From a virus (lineage: Duplodnaviria > Caudoviricetes), in the IMG/VR virus record IMGVR_UViG_2791355164_000001, positions 1-64,000 of that record: 64,000 bases of DNA. One strand, given 5' to 3'. A model generated the notes under the pieces. That model made no database searches. It saw only the letters and a list, made by a program, of their open reading frames with translations, and was not told the DNA's origin. The translations under genes were made by a program, and so were the position numbers. Positions 19,071 to 27,374 of this stretch are shown piece after piece (position 1 is the first letter of the stretch; each line of letters starts with the position of its first letter).

Positions 19071-20810
19071 TTAGCTGGCAGTACCGGTGGTGGCAGTTTC
19101 AGGTGCGGTTTCACCCTGAATTTTCTTGCCGGTCAGCATGTCGTACGCGCCTTCTTTCGCATTGGTCAGCGTCAGCTTGGCGAAGTAGTTCTCACCATTG
19201 CGCGGGTGCAGCTCGTTGAGGGAAGAACCCCAAAGCGTGGTGCGGTTGACCAGAGACGGGTTGGTTTCATGGACATACGGGATTGCCGGAACGGCGTCAC
19301 CGGCGATCAGGCCAGCATCACCGATGGACTCGCCGCGGCCATAAAACAGAATGTCCTCTTTGCTCAGCGCCACGCCGTTGGCCACGAACTGATCGCAGAT
19401 AGCGGTCGGCACTTCGTAGATCGGGTAGATGCCAAACAGGGTGCCGATGCGCTGAATGTACGGCGACTGGACGAAGTTTGGATCGGCCTGGAACACGTTA
19501 GCCGGAAGGCTTTTCAGGAAGTTTGCCGCCTCGCCACCCGCAAAGCCGCCACGGATGCCCGCCTTACGGGTACGGTTCACCATGTCAGTGCTCAGCTGCG
19601 TAACAGCGTGCTTCAGCAGCGTTACCCATGATTCGTAGGTCTGGCCTTCCGGCAGCGCTACGTCAAACTCACGACCGTAAACGGTGTGGAATGCCATAGT
19701 GCGCAGACGCATCATGTCCTGCTCATGGCTCAGCCAGTTACGCATTGCAGTGAACTGCGTGGACGACAGGCTGATGCCAAATTCACGACTCAGATCGGAC
19801 GCGGCCATCACGGTGTGCTCGGACGCAATAACGAACTGCGACGGCTTAATGGTGAACTCACGCATGGACTGGTTGATAACCGGGATCAGGCCTGGCGCTT
19901 TTTCAACGTTGATCTCGACCTGCGCGGCCAGCTCAGTACCTTTAGCCGGCGCGTCGGTAAAGGTTACAACGATGGTGCCTTTGTCGTAATCGACTTTACA
20001 GGTAGCCTGGAACTGGTTGCCTTTAACGTCTTTGTCGGAGAAAAACAGGTTGCCGTCAGTATCATCGACTTTACTCGGACGACGGTTGATCAGCAGCTTG
20101 GTGCGGCCAGCACGGATCGGCATATCCGCGTTCTCAATCGCCTTAATGCTGAAGGTGAAGGTTTTCTTGGTGCCGTCCGGCTGCGCTGCAGCAGGGAACA
20201 GGTACAGGCGTTTCATCTGCGAGTAAACCGCCGCAGACTGCATATGCATTTCATCGCCCTGCTGGAAGGTGCCAAAGCTGGTACCGGCCACGTTCATCAG
20301 CTCGTAAATCTTCGCTTCGTCGCGCTCGCACGGGACAAAGGTACATGCATCGCTGGTGGCAGCGCCCAGCACCGCAGGCAGGATCAGCGCGGCAAACTGC
20401 GCCTGACGCATTACGCCGTCAGAAGTGCGCATATCAGCAGCCACGGACTCAAACATCGCTTTGCCGTTGCCTTCATGCTTTTCAGCTGCTGATTCAACCA
20501 TCAGGTTTTCAAGCGCGCGGCTGGCGTTCGCCAGCTGATCGGCTGGTGGGTAATGACCGTTACGCTCTTTGTACTCGATCATGCTTGACGCCCACGCGGT
20601 GCCTACCAGACGGCAAAACTTCGGGTCAACGCCTTCAAACATCGGATCACGGCCAGCTGCCACGCCAATACTGACGGACATATCGTGGCGGTCAGAAATC
20701 ATTGAGCCATCTGCGTTGCGCTGAGCGTCAACGGTGAAAGCCATAACGCGCGATGCACGCTGCATAACGTCCTGCTCGCGCAGGCGAGCCGGGGCAATAT
20801 CTTTACTCAC
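19071..20810 (-). CDS. Major capsid protein (gp23)
   Basis: 579 aa; first gene of the largest late operon; P1 synteny 23-22-21. Confidence 0.85.
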   Translation of the reverse strand: MSKDIAPARLREQDVMQRASRVMAFTVDAQRNADGSMISDRHDMSVSIGVAAGRDPMFEGVDPKFCRLVGTAWASSMIEYKERNGHYPPADQLANASRALENLMVESAAEKHEGNGKAMFESVAADMRTSDGVMRQAQFAALILPAVLGAATSDACTFVPCERDEAKIYELMNVAGTSFGTFQQGDEMHMQSAAVYSQMKRLYLFPAAAQPDGTKKTFTFSIKAIENADMPIRAGRTKLLINRRPSKVDDTDGNLFFSDKDVKGNQFQATCKVDYDKGTIVVTFTDAPAKGTELAAQVEINVEKAPGLIPVINQSMREFTIKPSQFVIASEHTVMAASDLSREFGISLSSTQFTAMRNWLSHEQDMMRLRTMAFHTVYGREFDVALPEGQTYESWVTLLKHAVTQLSTDMVNRTRKAGIRGGFAGGEAANFLKSLPANVFQADPNFVQSPYIQRIGTLFGIYPIYEVPTAICDQFVANGVALSKEDILFYGRGESIGDAGLIAGDAVPAIPYVHETNPSLVNRTTLWGSSLNELHPRNGENYFAKLTLTNAKEGAYDMLTGKKIQGETAPETATTGTAS

Positions 20811-20862
20811 AAGTAGACCCTTTTTTCAGGGCGCGGCTGCGAGGGAACTTTTGACGAGGGTG

Positions 20863-20883
20863 AATTTAAGCGGTTTGTAATTT
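20863..20883 (-). promoter_or_regulatory. Late promoter motif (capsid/tail operon)
   Basis: Minus strand AAATTACAAACCGCTTAAATT. Confidence 0.7.
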
Positions 20884-20916
20884 GCGTAGATCGACATGCA
20901 AGAGAATTATTTAAAT

Positions 20917-20934
20917 TCTAAGGAAAATTTTAGA
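20917..20934 (+). promoter_or_regulatory. Putative C1 operator
   Basis: TCTAAGGAAAATTTTAGA; an identical inverted copy lies at 37786-37803. Confidence 0.6.
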
Positions 20935-20980
20935 CGAATGGTGTAGATTGCGCGAATGAATTTGACCACTGGTAAACCTC

Positions 20981-21433
20981 ATGGCTTATAAGCTCTACTT
21001 TCAATACGCAAACGGCTCCAGATCACATACGCTTTCGACCGGCAGCCGGCGCGATGCTCAGCAGCACCTTGATTACCTTCTGAGTGAGACAGAACCCCGC
21101 TCACTGGCTCAGCAAATCATCATCATGTATGGCGCAGAGATCATCATGGAAGTCAGCCCGACATTAGGGGATGACGAGATCCGCGCACTTCCTCGCTGGC
21201 GCAAAGCCGGTAACACGCAGCAGATGCATAACCCGGTTACGGCGTCTATTTACATGCCGAGTGCGGCGCGTGATTTTCTGCTGCTGACGGGTGAGGGCAA
21301 TCTGGCAGCAGGCATGCGTAAAATCATGCTGGAAGTAGGCGGAGCGGAAATAGCGTCAGCGTACATGGTGGACATAGCGGGTAATTCTGAAAACTACAGC
21401 GCAGCCAGTGAATTGAAAGTCTGGATAAAATAA
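20981..21433 (+). CDS. Hypothetical protein, possible C-terminal ribbon-helix-helix
   Basis: 150 aa; VTASIYMP..ARD.L...GEGNLAAGMRK pattern. Confidence 0.55.
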   Translation: MAYKLYFQYANGSRSHTLSTGSRRDAQQHLDYLLSETEPRSLAQQIIIMYGAEIIMEVSPTLGDDEIRALPRWRKAGNTQQMHNPVTASIYMPSAARDFLLLTGEGNLAAGMRKIMLEVGGAEIASAYMVDIAGNSENYSAASELKVWIK

Positions 21434-21485
21434 AATACCCACACACTAATAATATTAAGCCGCTATGTCAGCGGCTTTTATGCTA

Positions 21486-23159
21486 TTAGGATGCAGTATT
21501 AGGGATGACTATATCAAAATCCTCAGGTGAAAAACCAAACACTTGAATAAATGCATTCTTAGCCCAACCCTCTAATTCTTTGCTGCTGTGTTCTTTAGTA
21601 AGCCATCCGAAATTATATTTGAAATCCCCTGCCTCTAAAATCCATTGCTGGCATAGGTTAAAGAGTGCCATATAAATATAAAAATCCCCAGCCGTGTTCG
21701 ATAGGTTTTTTTCATCAATACCGGGCAGCTTACTTGGGCCAATATCCATGTTTACATTTTCTTTGAATAATGCTTGGTGTTTTAAATATAGATGACTGTG
21801 GATTTTCTCCATCCTTCCCCCAGCAACGTAAGCACCAGGCCAGCAGAAAAATTCTGGGTTACTTAATTTATCACCATTAAAGCTAAGAAATCTTGCAAAA
21901 AGCAACCTCACCAGCAAATTACCATTTTCAAAAGAAAATTTTTCATTTTGCTGCATTAATTCAATCAAACCTTCCTCGTTTTCACGCCAAGCCTCTAGCT
22001 CGCAAAGATATGTAATTGGAGCAATAACGCCAATGGCCTTGCATAGCAAAGTGGATATAACAAAATATTTTTTCGGTGCATAATCGTCAATTATATATTT
22101 AAATTCAGGGTATTGGTTTTTCACTACTGCGCAAAGATGAATGAATCTTATCCCCGGATCTGTATGCTCGATAAAATTTTCAAAACGCTCTACAACAAAT
22201 GGAAAGCCCTCAGCTGGGTTTATCGCAACATCAATGAGCAATAAATAAAGTGCAACCAATGGGCTATCAATACTCTTAGGATATTCCTCTTCAACAATCT
22301 TTAAAAAAACATCAAATGCAGAAATGTAAATACCGTGAAGCATTCCCGCTTGTTTAAATTGATACCAATCGAGTTGCTTGTCAGAAGTTATATGTAAATA
22401 AAGCAACTGGTTAAATCTGGCCTGACCTTCATATAAATCGGATAGGCCTACAGGGGGAATGCCTATAGACTCGCCGCGATAAAAACCGCTTACTTTTTTA
22501 TCAGCTAATTCTTTAAATCTTTCTCCCCATTCATCTACGTTTGGAAGGAAGGAAAAATCGTTATCGAACGTCGATGAAAGAACACGGATAGCACAATCAT
22601 AAGCTATACTGTAAGAGTGACCAATTGATTCAAAGTACTTATCATTGCAAACTTCAGATATATAGCTAGGCCTTTTCATTCTTATTTTGTAGTAATTTAT
22701 ATCATGATAATTGTTCATTATCTGATTTATAACCATAGATTCAGGGCTGTTGGAATTACTTTTTCTAAGGTTATTATCACTATAAAAGCTAATTGGCTTC
22801 TTTTTACCAATTAAATTGACGTATTCTTTAAGTAGATTTATGTTGGCTATAGTTTGCGCTGGCGTGCTTAGGCTCATAATTAACCCTGATGTAGAGCCTA
22901 CAAACTGCCACCAATGCAACGTTTCATGAAAAAGTGTAGATAAAGCTTGATGAATTTCACCTGACATCAGATCATCTGTTTTTCCTTCTTCAACCTTATT
23001 GATTATGTCATGAACTTCGGGATGCAATCTTAATACATAAATAATATGGTTATAGAGTCCCTTGACCGTGCTTTCAGATTCTATAGGAGCTTGAGCATCG
23101 TCAAGTTCTGAGTCATTAAGTAATGAAGGGTTAAGTTGCATATGATCATCCTTGTGCAT
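21486..23159 (-). CDS. AT-rich accessory protein with HExxH motif (putative metallopeptidase)
   Basis: 557 aa; HETLH plus a downstream YEGQA; markedly AT-rich relative to flanks. Confidence 0.6.
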   Translation of the reverse strand: MHKDDHMQLNPSLLNDSELDDAQAPIESESTVKGLYNHIIYVLRLHPEVHDIINKVEEGKTDDLMSGEIHQALSTLFHETLHWWQFVGSTSGLIMSLSTPAQTIANINLLKEYVNLIGKKKPISFYSDNNLRKSNSNSPESMVINQIMNNYHDINYYKIRMKRPSYISEVCNDKYFESIGHSYSIAYDCAIRVLSSTFDNDFSFLPNVDEWGERFKELADKKVSGFYRGESIGIPPVGLSDLYEGQARFNQLLYLHITSDKQLDWYQFKQAGMLHGIYISAFDVFLKIVEEEYPKSIDSPLVALYLLLIDVAINPAEGFPFVVERFENFIEHTDPGIRFIHLCAVVKNQYPEFKYIIDDYAPKKYFVISTLLCKAIGVIAPITYLCELEAWRENEEGLIELMQQNEKFSFENGNLLVRLLFARFLSFNGDKLSNPEFFCWPGAYVAGGRMEKIHSHLYLKHQALFKENVNMDIGPSKLPGIDEKNLSNTAGDFYIYMALFNLCQQWILEAGDFKYNFGWLTKEHSSKELEGWAKNAFIQVFGFSPEDFDIVIPNTAS

Positions 23160-23272
23160 AATGAAATTTTTTTCACTTTATCCATAAAAGATGACTAACT
23201 AAAGTGCTAGAAATGTAAAATAACAAAGTCGCTCACAGACCTCACCACTTACAAAGTCCGTAAGCGACTTAA

Positions 23273-23575
23273 TTATAGGTATACGTTATGGTTAGATATT
23301 AGGCCGTTTCGCCGGTTGCATTCATCGACTGAAGCCAGTATTCCTGCCACGTAAGCGGGTAGCATGTCGGTGAATCCGGGAATGTTTTCATCCACCTGGC
23401 ACGGCTGATAGGCCAGCGCCTTTTGAGGCGGCAGCTCCACCAGCTTTGTGACCGTCACGACTTCGGGAATTAACGGCGCGGGCTTTGTCCCGGAGCATGC
23501 GAATAACGCTGGCAGGCAAAGCAGTATGATTAACGCCGGCAAGCAGTATCGCCCGGTTAATTTCATCAATTTCAT
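23273..23575 (-). CDS. o-spanin-like lipoprotein (P1 Mlp)
   Basis: Lipobox LFAC, Pro-rich; overlaps the i-spanin gene in another frame. Exact start uncertain. Confidence 0.7.
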   Translation of the reverse strand: MKLMKLTGRYCLPALIILLCLPALFACSGTKPAPLIPEVVTVTKLVELPPQKALAYQPCQVDENIPGFTDMLPAYVAGILASVDECNRRNGLISNHNVYL

Positions 23576-23912
23576 TCTGACTATCCTCTTTAAGTTTCTG
23601 CAGATCCTGCTCAAGCTGCGCCTGTTTCTGCGCGTAGTCCTGGCGTTCTTTTTCCCGTTTCTCCAGCGCCTGCTGCAGCGTCTGCAGCTGCGCCTGCTGC
23701 TCAGAGAGCGAGGTTTTAAGCGTGCTGTTATTACCGGTCAGCGTTTTGTTGTTCGCAGTAAGCGTGCTGTTTGCCGCCTCCAGCTGCGCAACGTGCGCAA
23801 AGTGATTCGTGACAATCACATATCCCTTATGGCCTGCGGTCAGCAGCACGACGCAGAGCGCCACGGCTACCGCACGCTTGAGCCAGCCGGTCAGGGTGAT
23901 TTGACTGAACAT
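23388..23912 (-). CDS. i-spanin-like protein (P1 PpfA)
   Basis: N-terminal TM segment followed by a long coiled coil. Confidence 0.7.
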   Translation of the reverse strand: MFSQITLTGWLKRAVAVALCVVLLTAGHKGYVIVTNHFAHVAQLEAANSTLTANNKTLTGNNSTLKTSLSEQQAQLQTLQQALEKREKERQDYAQKQAQLEQDLQKLKEDSQNEIDEINRAILLAGVNHTALPASVIRMLRDKARAVNSRSRDGHKAGGAAASKGAGLSAVPGG

Positions 23913-23914
23913 AG

Positions 23915-24682
23915 TTACTCCTCGTTGAGCGCAGCCAGAACGGCCGCGGGCATAATGGCGCTGACGGCCTGACCCATAACCGGATCGCCGCTCAGGCCGG
24001 ACGTAAGCGCGATGGCCACCGCATCCGACATGGCTTTTTTTGCCGTGCTGGTGGACGCGCTGACCTGATCCGCCAGGCGGGAAAGTGCAGACGTACTGGC
24101 GGGAAGGGGCAACAGCAGCACATCGAGCGCGCTGGTAGCCTCGCTCAGCGCGGCTGTTTCCTCTTCGGTAAACGCCAACGCGGTTGCGGCACTTCCCGTT
24201 GCGCCCGGTGCTGCAGCAGCGCCTGCTTTCGCGTTAATTTCCCCCATTGCTCCGGAGAGCGCGGATAGCGATACGGCCTGCAGCAGATCGCCCACTGCGC
24301 CTGTAACGGCTTCATCCACCATTGCGGACACCAGCGCGAACGCCGGGGCTGGAGAGAGGCGATTCCCCTTTACGTGACACTCCCATCCGGTTTTCAGCTG
24401 CAGCAGCTCAGAAGGGCTGCTGAAGGGCTTAACCGCTGCCACGAATCCGGCAGCAGCGCCTGCTGCAGCGTCCAGGCTCGCCGCATAGCCTGACAGCTTC
24501 CCGGTATACCCGGAGACCTCCGCCGGATAGGTGACGTCCGGCAACAGCAGCGCCCTGACGGATGCGGCCAGCTGCTCAGCGCGCGCCTGCGCCCCTTCGC
24601 ACACCACAACCGGCGCTGGCGTAACCATGCCGGAGGCGGAGAGGGCAGCAAACGCGTTGATCTGTTTGTCGTTGTAGAGCAT
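23915..24682 (-). CDS. UpfB-like Ala-rich virion protein
   Basis: 255 aa between the PAAR and spanin genes, as in P1. Confidence 0.6.
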   Translation of the reverse strand: MLYNDKQINAFAALSASGMVTPAPVVVCEGAQARAEQLAASVRALLLPDVTYPAEVSGYTGKLSGYAASLDAAAGAAAGFVAAVKPFSSPSELLQLKTGWECHVKGNRLSPAPAFALVSAMVDEAVTGAVGDLLQAVSLSALSGAMGEINAKAGAAAAPGATGSAATALAFTEEETAALSEATSALDVLLLPLPASTSALSRLADQVSASTSTAKKAMSDAVAIALTSGLSGDPVMGQAVSAIMPAAVLAALNEE

Positions 24683-24966
24683 TACTTAACCTCAAACCCG
24701 GCTTCGCCCGTGGCGACCACTGATCCGCACGAAACCGGATCGTTGACGCACACAATGCCTTTGCCGTTGATGGTGAACCACGGACGACCCGTAACCGCCG
24801 TGCCGTTGTGAGTACTGCTGCCGTCGGTGTGATCCGGAAACAGCTTGCCGTCCACCAGCACGGGCTTGCCGTTGATGGTGAGCCCCGCATCAGCCTCAGC
24901 GGTCTGACGCGAGGGGAAGCCATCGTGTCCGGAACAAACCGAGTCCAGCGTGCCAGCGGCAGGCAT
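24682..24966 (-). CDS. PAAR spike tip protein
   Basis: 94 aa; CSGH, INGKP, H and DPVSCG motifs. Confidence 0.85.
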   Translation of the reverse strand: MPAAGTLDSVCSGHDGFPSRQTAEADAGLTINGKPVLVDGKLFPDHTDGSSTHNGTAVTGRPWFTINGKGIVCVNDPVSCGSVVATGEAGFEVK

Positions 24967-24993
24967 CAGCCCGCCCCGGCGCCGGAGCGCGTT

Positions 24994-25191
24994 TTATTCG
25001 TCATCAGGTATCAGCTCCAGATCCCCGCGGGTGTAGTTAAGCGGGCAGGTATAGTACGGGTGTTTCAGCACGTAGCGCTGCCCGTTCTCCAGCCAGTCCA
25101 CCCGGTCAACTACGCACACTTCACCGTTAAAAAGGTTGCCGCGTATGCGCACGCGGGAGCCTTTGCGGATCGGCTTCTCAGCTACGTCCAT
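24994..25191 (-). CDS. Small SH3/KOW-like hypothetical protein
   Basis: 65 aa with GSRVRIRG.LFNGEVCVV; coupled to the upstream ORF. Confidence 0.5.
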   Translation of the reverse strand: MDVAEKPIRKGSRVRIRGNLFNGEVCVVDRVDWLENGQRYVLKHPYYTCPLNYTRGDLELIPDDE

Positions 25192-25769
25192 CAGGATTCC
25201 AGCAGCTCGTAAAAGTCATCAGGGATATCGCTGAACGACATGAACATACCCAGCCAGACGGCGCGGCTTGCGTCGGTGATATAGCGCGACATTTTGACGG
25301 TAGACAGCACGTTGCTGACCCATTTGGTCTGCGTGCGCTGGTCAAGCGGTGACATTTCATCCCACTTATCCGTTGCCATTTCGCGTGCCAGGTTAAGGGC
25401 GTACATGGTGGCCCACATTACCGGCATCAGCTCGACGGTTTCCGGCTCGTCCGGCAGCTCTGCCTGCGCTTCCAGATAGAACTCATACGCGACCTGGCAG
25501 ACGTAGGTTGGCGTCAGCATGTAGCGCGATTCCGGGCGCATGGCCATCAGGCGCACGCGGGTATCTTCTGCCGTGGCGTTTGCCATGATCTGCTCAATCA
25601 TGATGTTGCGTGTGGCGCGCTGCGACGGGGTAAAGCGCCAGTAAGGCGTTTCCAGCAGCACGCGAGTTTCAGGGGAGTAGTTATATTCGTACTGGAACTG
25701 CGGATCTTCGCGCAGCGCCATGCTCAGGTTGTGGAAAAGCTCAAATGCGGTGGGCTTACGGTTACTCAT
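25191..25769 (-). CDS. Hypothetical late protein
   Basis: 192 aa; first gene after a late-promoter motif. Confidence 0.6.
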   Translation of the reverse strand: MSNRKPTAFELFHNLSMALREDPQFQYEYNYSPETRVLLETPYWRFTPSQRATRNIMIEQIMANATAEDTRVRLMAMRPESRYMLTPTYVCQVAYEFYLEAQAELPDEPETVELMPVMWATMYALNLAREMATDKWDEMSPLDQRTQTKWVSNVLSTVKMSRYITDASRAVWLGMFMSFSDIPDDFYELLES

Positions 25770-25799
25770 AATTCACTCAATGGTGTTAAAGGAAGCGGC

Positions 25800-25820
25800 A
25801 CCTTAACCAGTTTGTAATTT
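25800..25820 (-). promoter_or_regulatory. Late promoter motif (PAAR/spanin operon)
   Basis: Minus strand AAATTACAAACTGGTTAAGGT. Confidence 0.65.
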
Positions 25821-25964
25821 GTTGAGAGCACCCGGCGCTGATACTTTGGGTTACTTAATATCTAAATTTTTATAAAAAAATTATAGAAGTTTTTGACACT
25901 TTTCCCGTATAGTCTGGCCTGCGGGTAGGTAGTGCCTGCGCATAAGAAAAATAAGGATCATCAG

Positions 25965-26348
25965 ATGAAAACCATTTTTGGAAACGTTGTCCCGGCAAAT
26001 GGGTTGCCTATCGACAAAACCGTGCTGGCGTCGTCCGGCAAATCCGGCGTGCAGCTGCTGGACTGCGGCGAAGAGTTTCAGGGGCGTTATGAGGTAGTTT
26101 CTAAGGGCGTGCTGGTGGCCTGCACCGACAATTACGCGAAAGCGAGTGATTATTACTTTAAAGAGAGCGCACGCATCAGCGCTGAAAGCCAGGCCAGCTA
26201 TAACGCTAAAGTCAGAGAGGCAGAGTCAGCAGGGCTGAGCGGGTATCGCGTGCAGGACTATGCCAATGACCGCATAACGCTTGATGACGCACTGGCGCAG
26301 CAAAACACACCGCACGGTATCCCGGTAGAATTGCTGTCAGCCAGTTAA
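25965..26348 (+). CDS. Hypothetical protein
   Basis: SD AAGGA before ATG 25965; 127 aa. Confidence 0.55.
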   Translation: MKTIFGNVVPANGLPIDKTVLASSGKSGVQLLDCGEEFQGRYEVVSKGVLVACTDNYAKASDYYFKESARISAESQASYNAKVREAESAGLSGYRVQDYANDRITLDDALAQQNTPHGIPVELLSAS

Positions 26349-26400
26349 ATAAATCAGAGTAAAAAATTATTAATCAAGAAGATGAATTGAATATTTATTT

Positions 26401-26703
26401 TTAGAAATTAGTAATGCGAGCCATTAAACAGTCTCTATTTTGTATGGCGAATAAGACAGGAACTGCAATGATTGCGGCAGCAGTTATCGCTATACCAATT
26501 GTAAAAGCTGCAGCCGTAATTGTAGTTCCTGCAACAATTGCATCTAGTGCTATCAATCCCCACGTCGCTGTAACACCAATTCCTATATGAGAATAAGCAT
26601 CGTATGGCACTTCAACACTGCAAGCAAATGCATGTTTTTGATAGCTTACTAACAATGCCATCGACATAGCTGATAAAACAAAGGTTCTTCTGGATAAGTC
26701 CAT
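26401..26703 (-). CDS. Twin-arginine-signal hydrophobic small protein
   Basis: SRRTFV, h-region, AFA cleavage site; two Cys in the predicted mature part. Confidence 0.6.
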   Translation of the reverse strand: MDLSRRTFVLSAMSMALLVSYQKHAFACSVEVPYDAYSHIGIGVTATWGLIALDAIVAGTTITAAAFTIGIAITAAAIIAVPVLFAIQNRDCLMARITNF

Positions 26704-26712
26704 ATGAGCACC

Positions 26713-27249
26713 TTACTTAATCTGAGTAAGCACTGGGGTTGCAGAGACGTTATAGAAATTTTTTAATGCAATGGATGTAACAATGCCTGAAAGCGCAGCT
26801 TTCTCAGGGGAGTAACCAGAATAAGCCTGCTGTAGCGGCACAGATGACAGATATTTATCAATAACCTTATGTATACCATCCATGCTAAGTCCGTTCTTAT
26901 CATAAAATTCTTTAAATATTTGGGCTACCAAAACCATTCGATATTCTGCCTTTAGCTTAAATATCCTTGTCCATACATTAAGGTCAGGGTCGTGCCTCAG
27001 CATGTTAGCTAGCAATATTGATTCGCCACTTTTTATTCTGGGAACTATTTCTTCAATGAACTGGTTGGCTGAATCACCACATGAAGTACTGAAAATGAAA
27101 ATTTTGCTGTTGTTAGATATTTTTCCGATTGGGAATGAACTCATAAGCTGAGTCTCAGCCCCCCCAAAAACATGATTTTTGGCTGGCTCAATGGATTGGA
27201 TTTTAACGTCGCTGATCTTGAGAAGTTTGGGTCGGGCTGACAGGTCCAT
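26713..27249 (-). CDS. Putative thioredoxin-fold (DsbA/DsbG-like) protein with CxxS
   Basis: FIFSTSCGDS near the N-terminus and NVSATP cis-Pro-like loop at the C-terminus. Confidence 0.5.
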   Translation of the reverse strand: MDLSARPKLLKISDVKIQSIEPAKNHVFGGAETQLMSSFPIGKISNNSKIFIFSTSCGDSANQFIEEIVPRIKSGESILLANMLRHDPDLNVWTRIFKLKAEYRMVLVAQIFKEFYDKNGLSMDGIHKVIDKYLSSVPLQQAYSGYSPEKAALSGIVTSIALKNFYNVSATPVLTQIK

Positions 27250-27374
27250 TTATAGTTACTCACAGTTAGTAACATAAATTCAATGTAGCGTAGATGGATG
27301 GAGGAATGCCACTTTTTTTTTGTGGGTATCATCCCAAAGTTTGAATGCCCCGCATAAGGCGGGGTCTTTTCGTT

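Noticed and set aside
27141-27332. Phase-variable A10 tract adding an N-terminus to the CxxS protein
   Set aside because: Both shifted frames hit stop codons before 27249.
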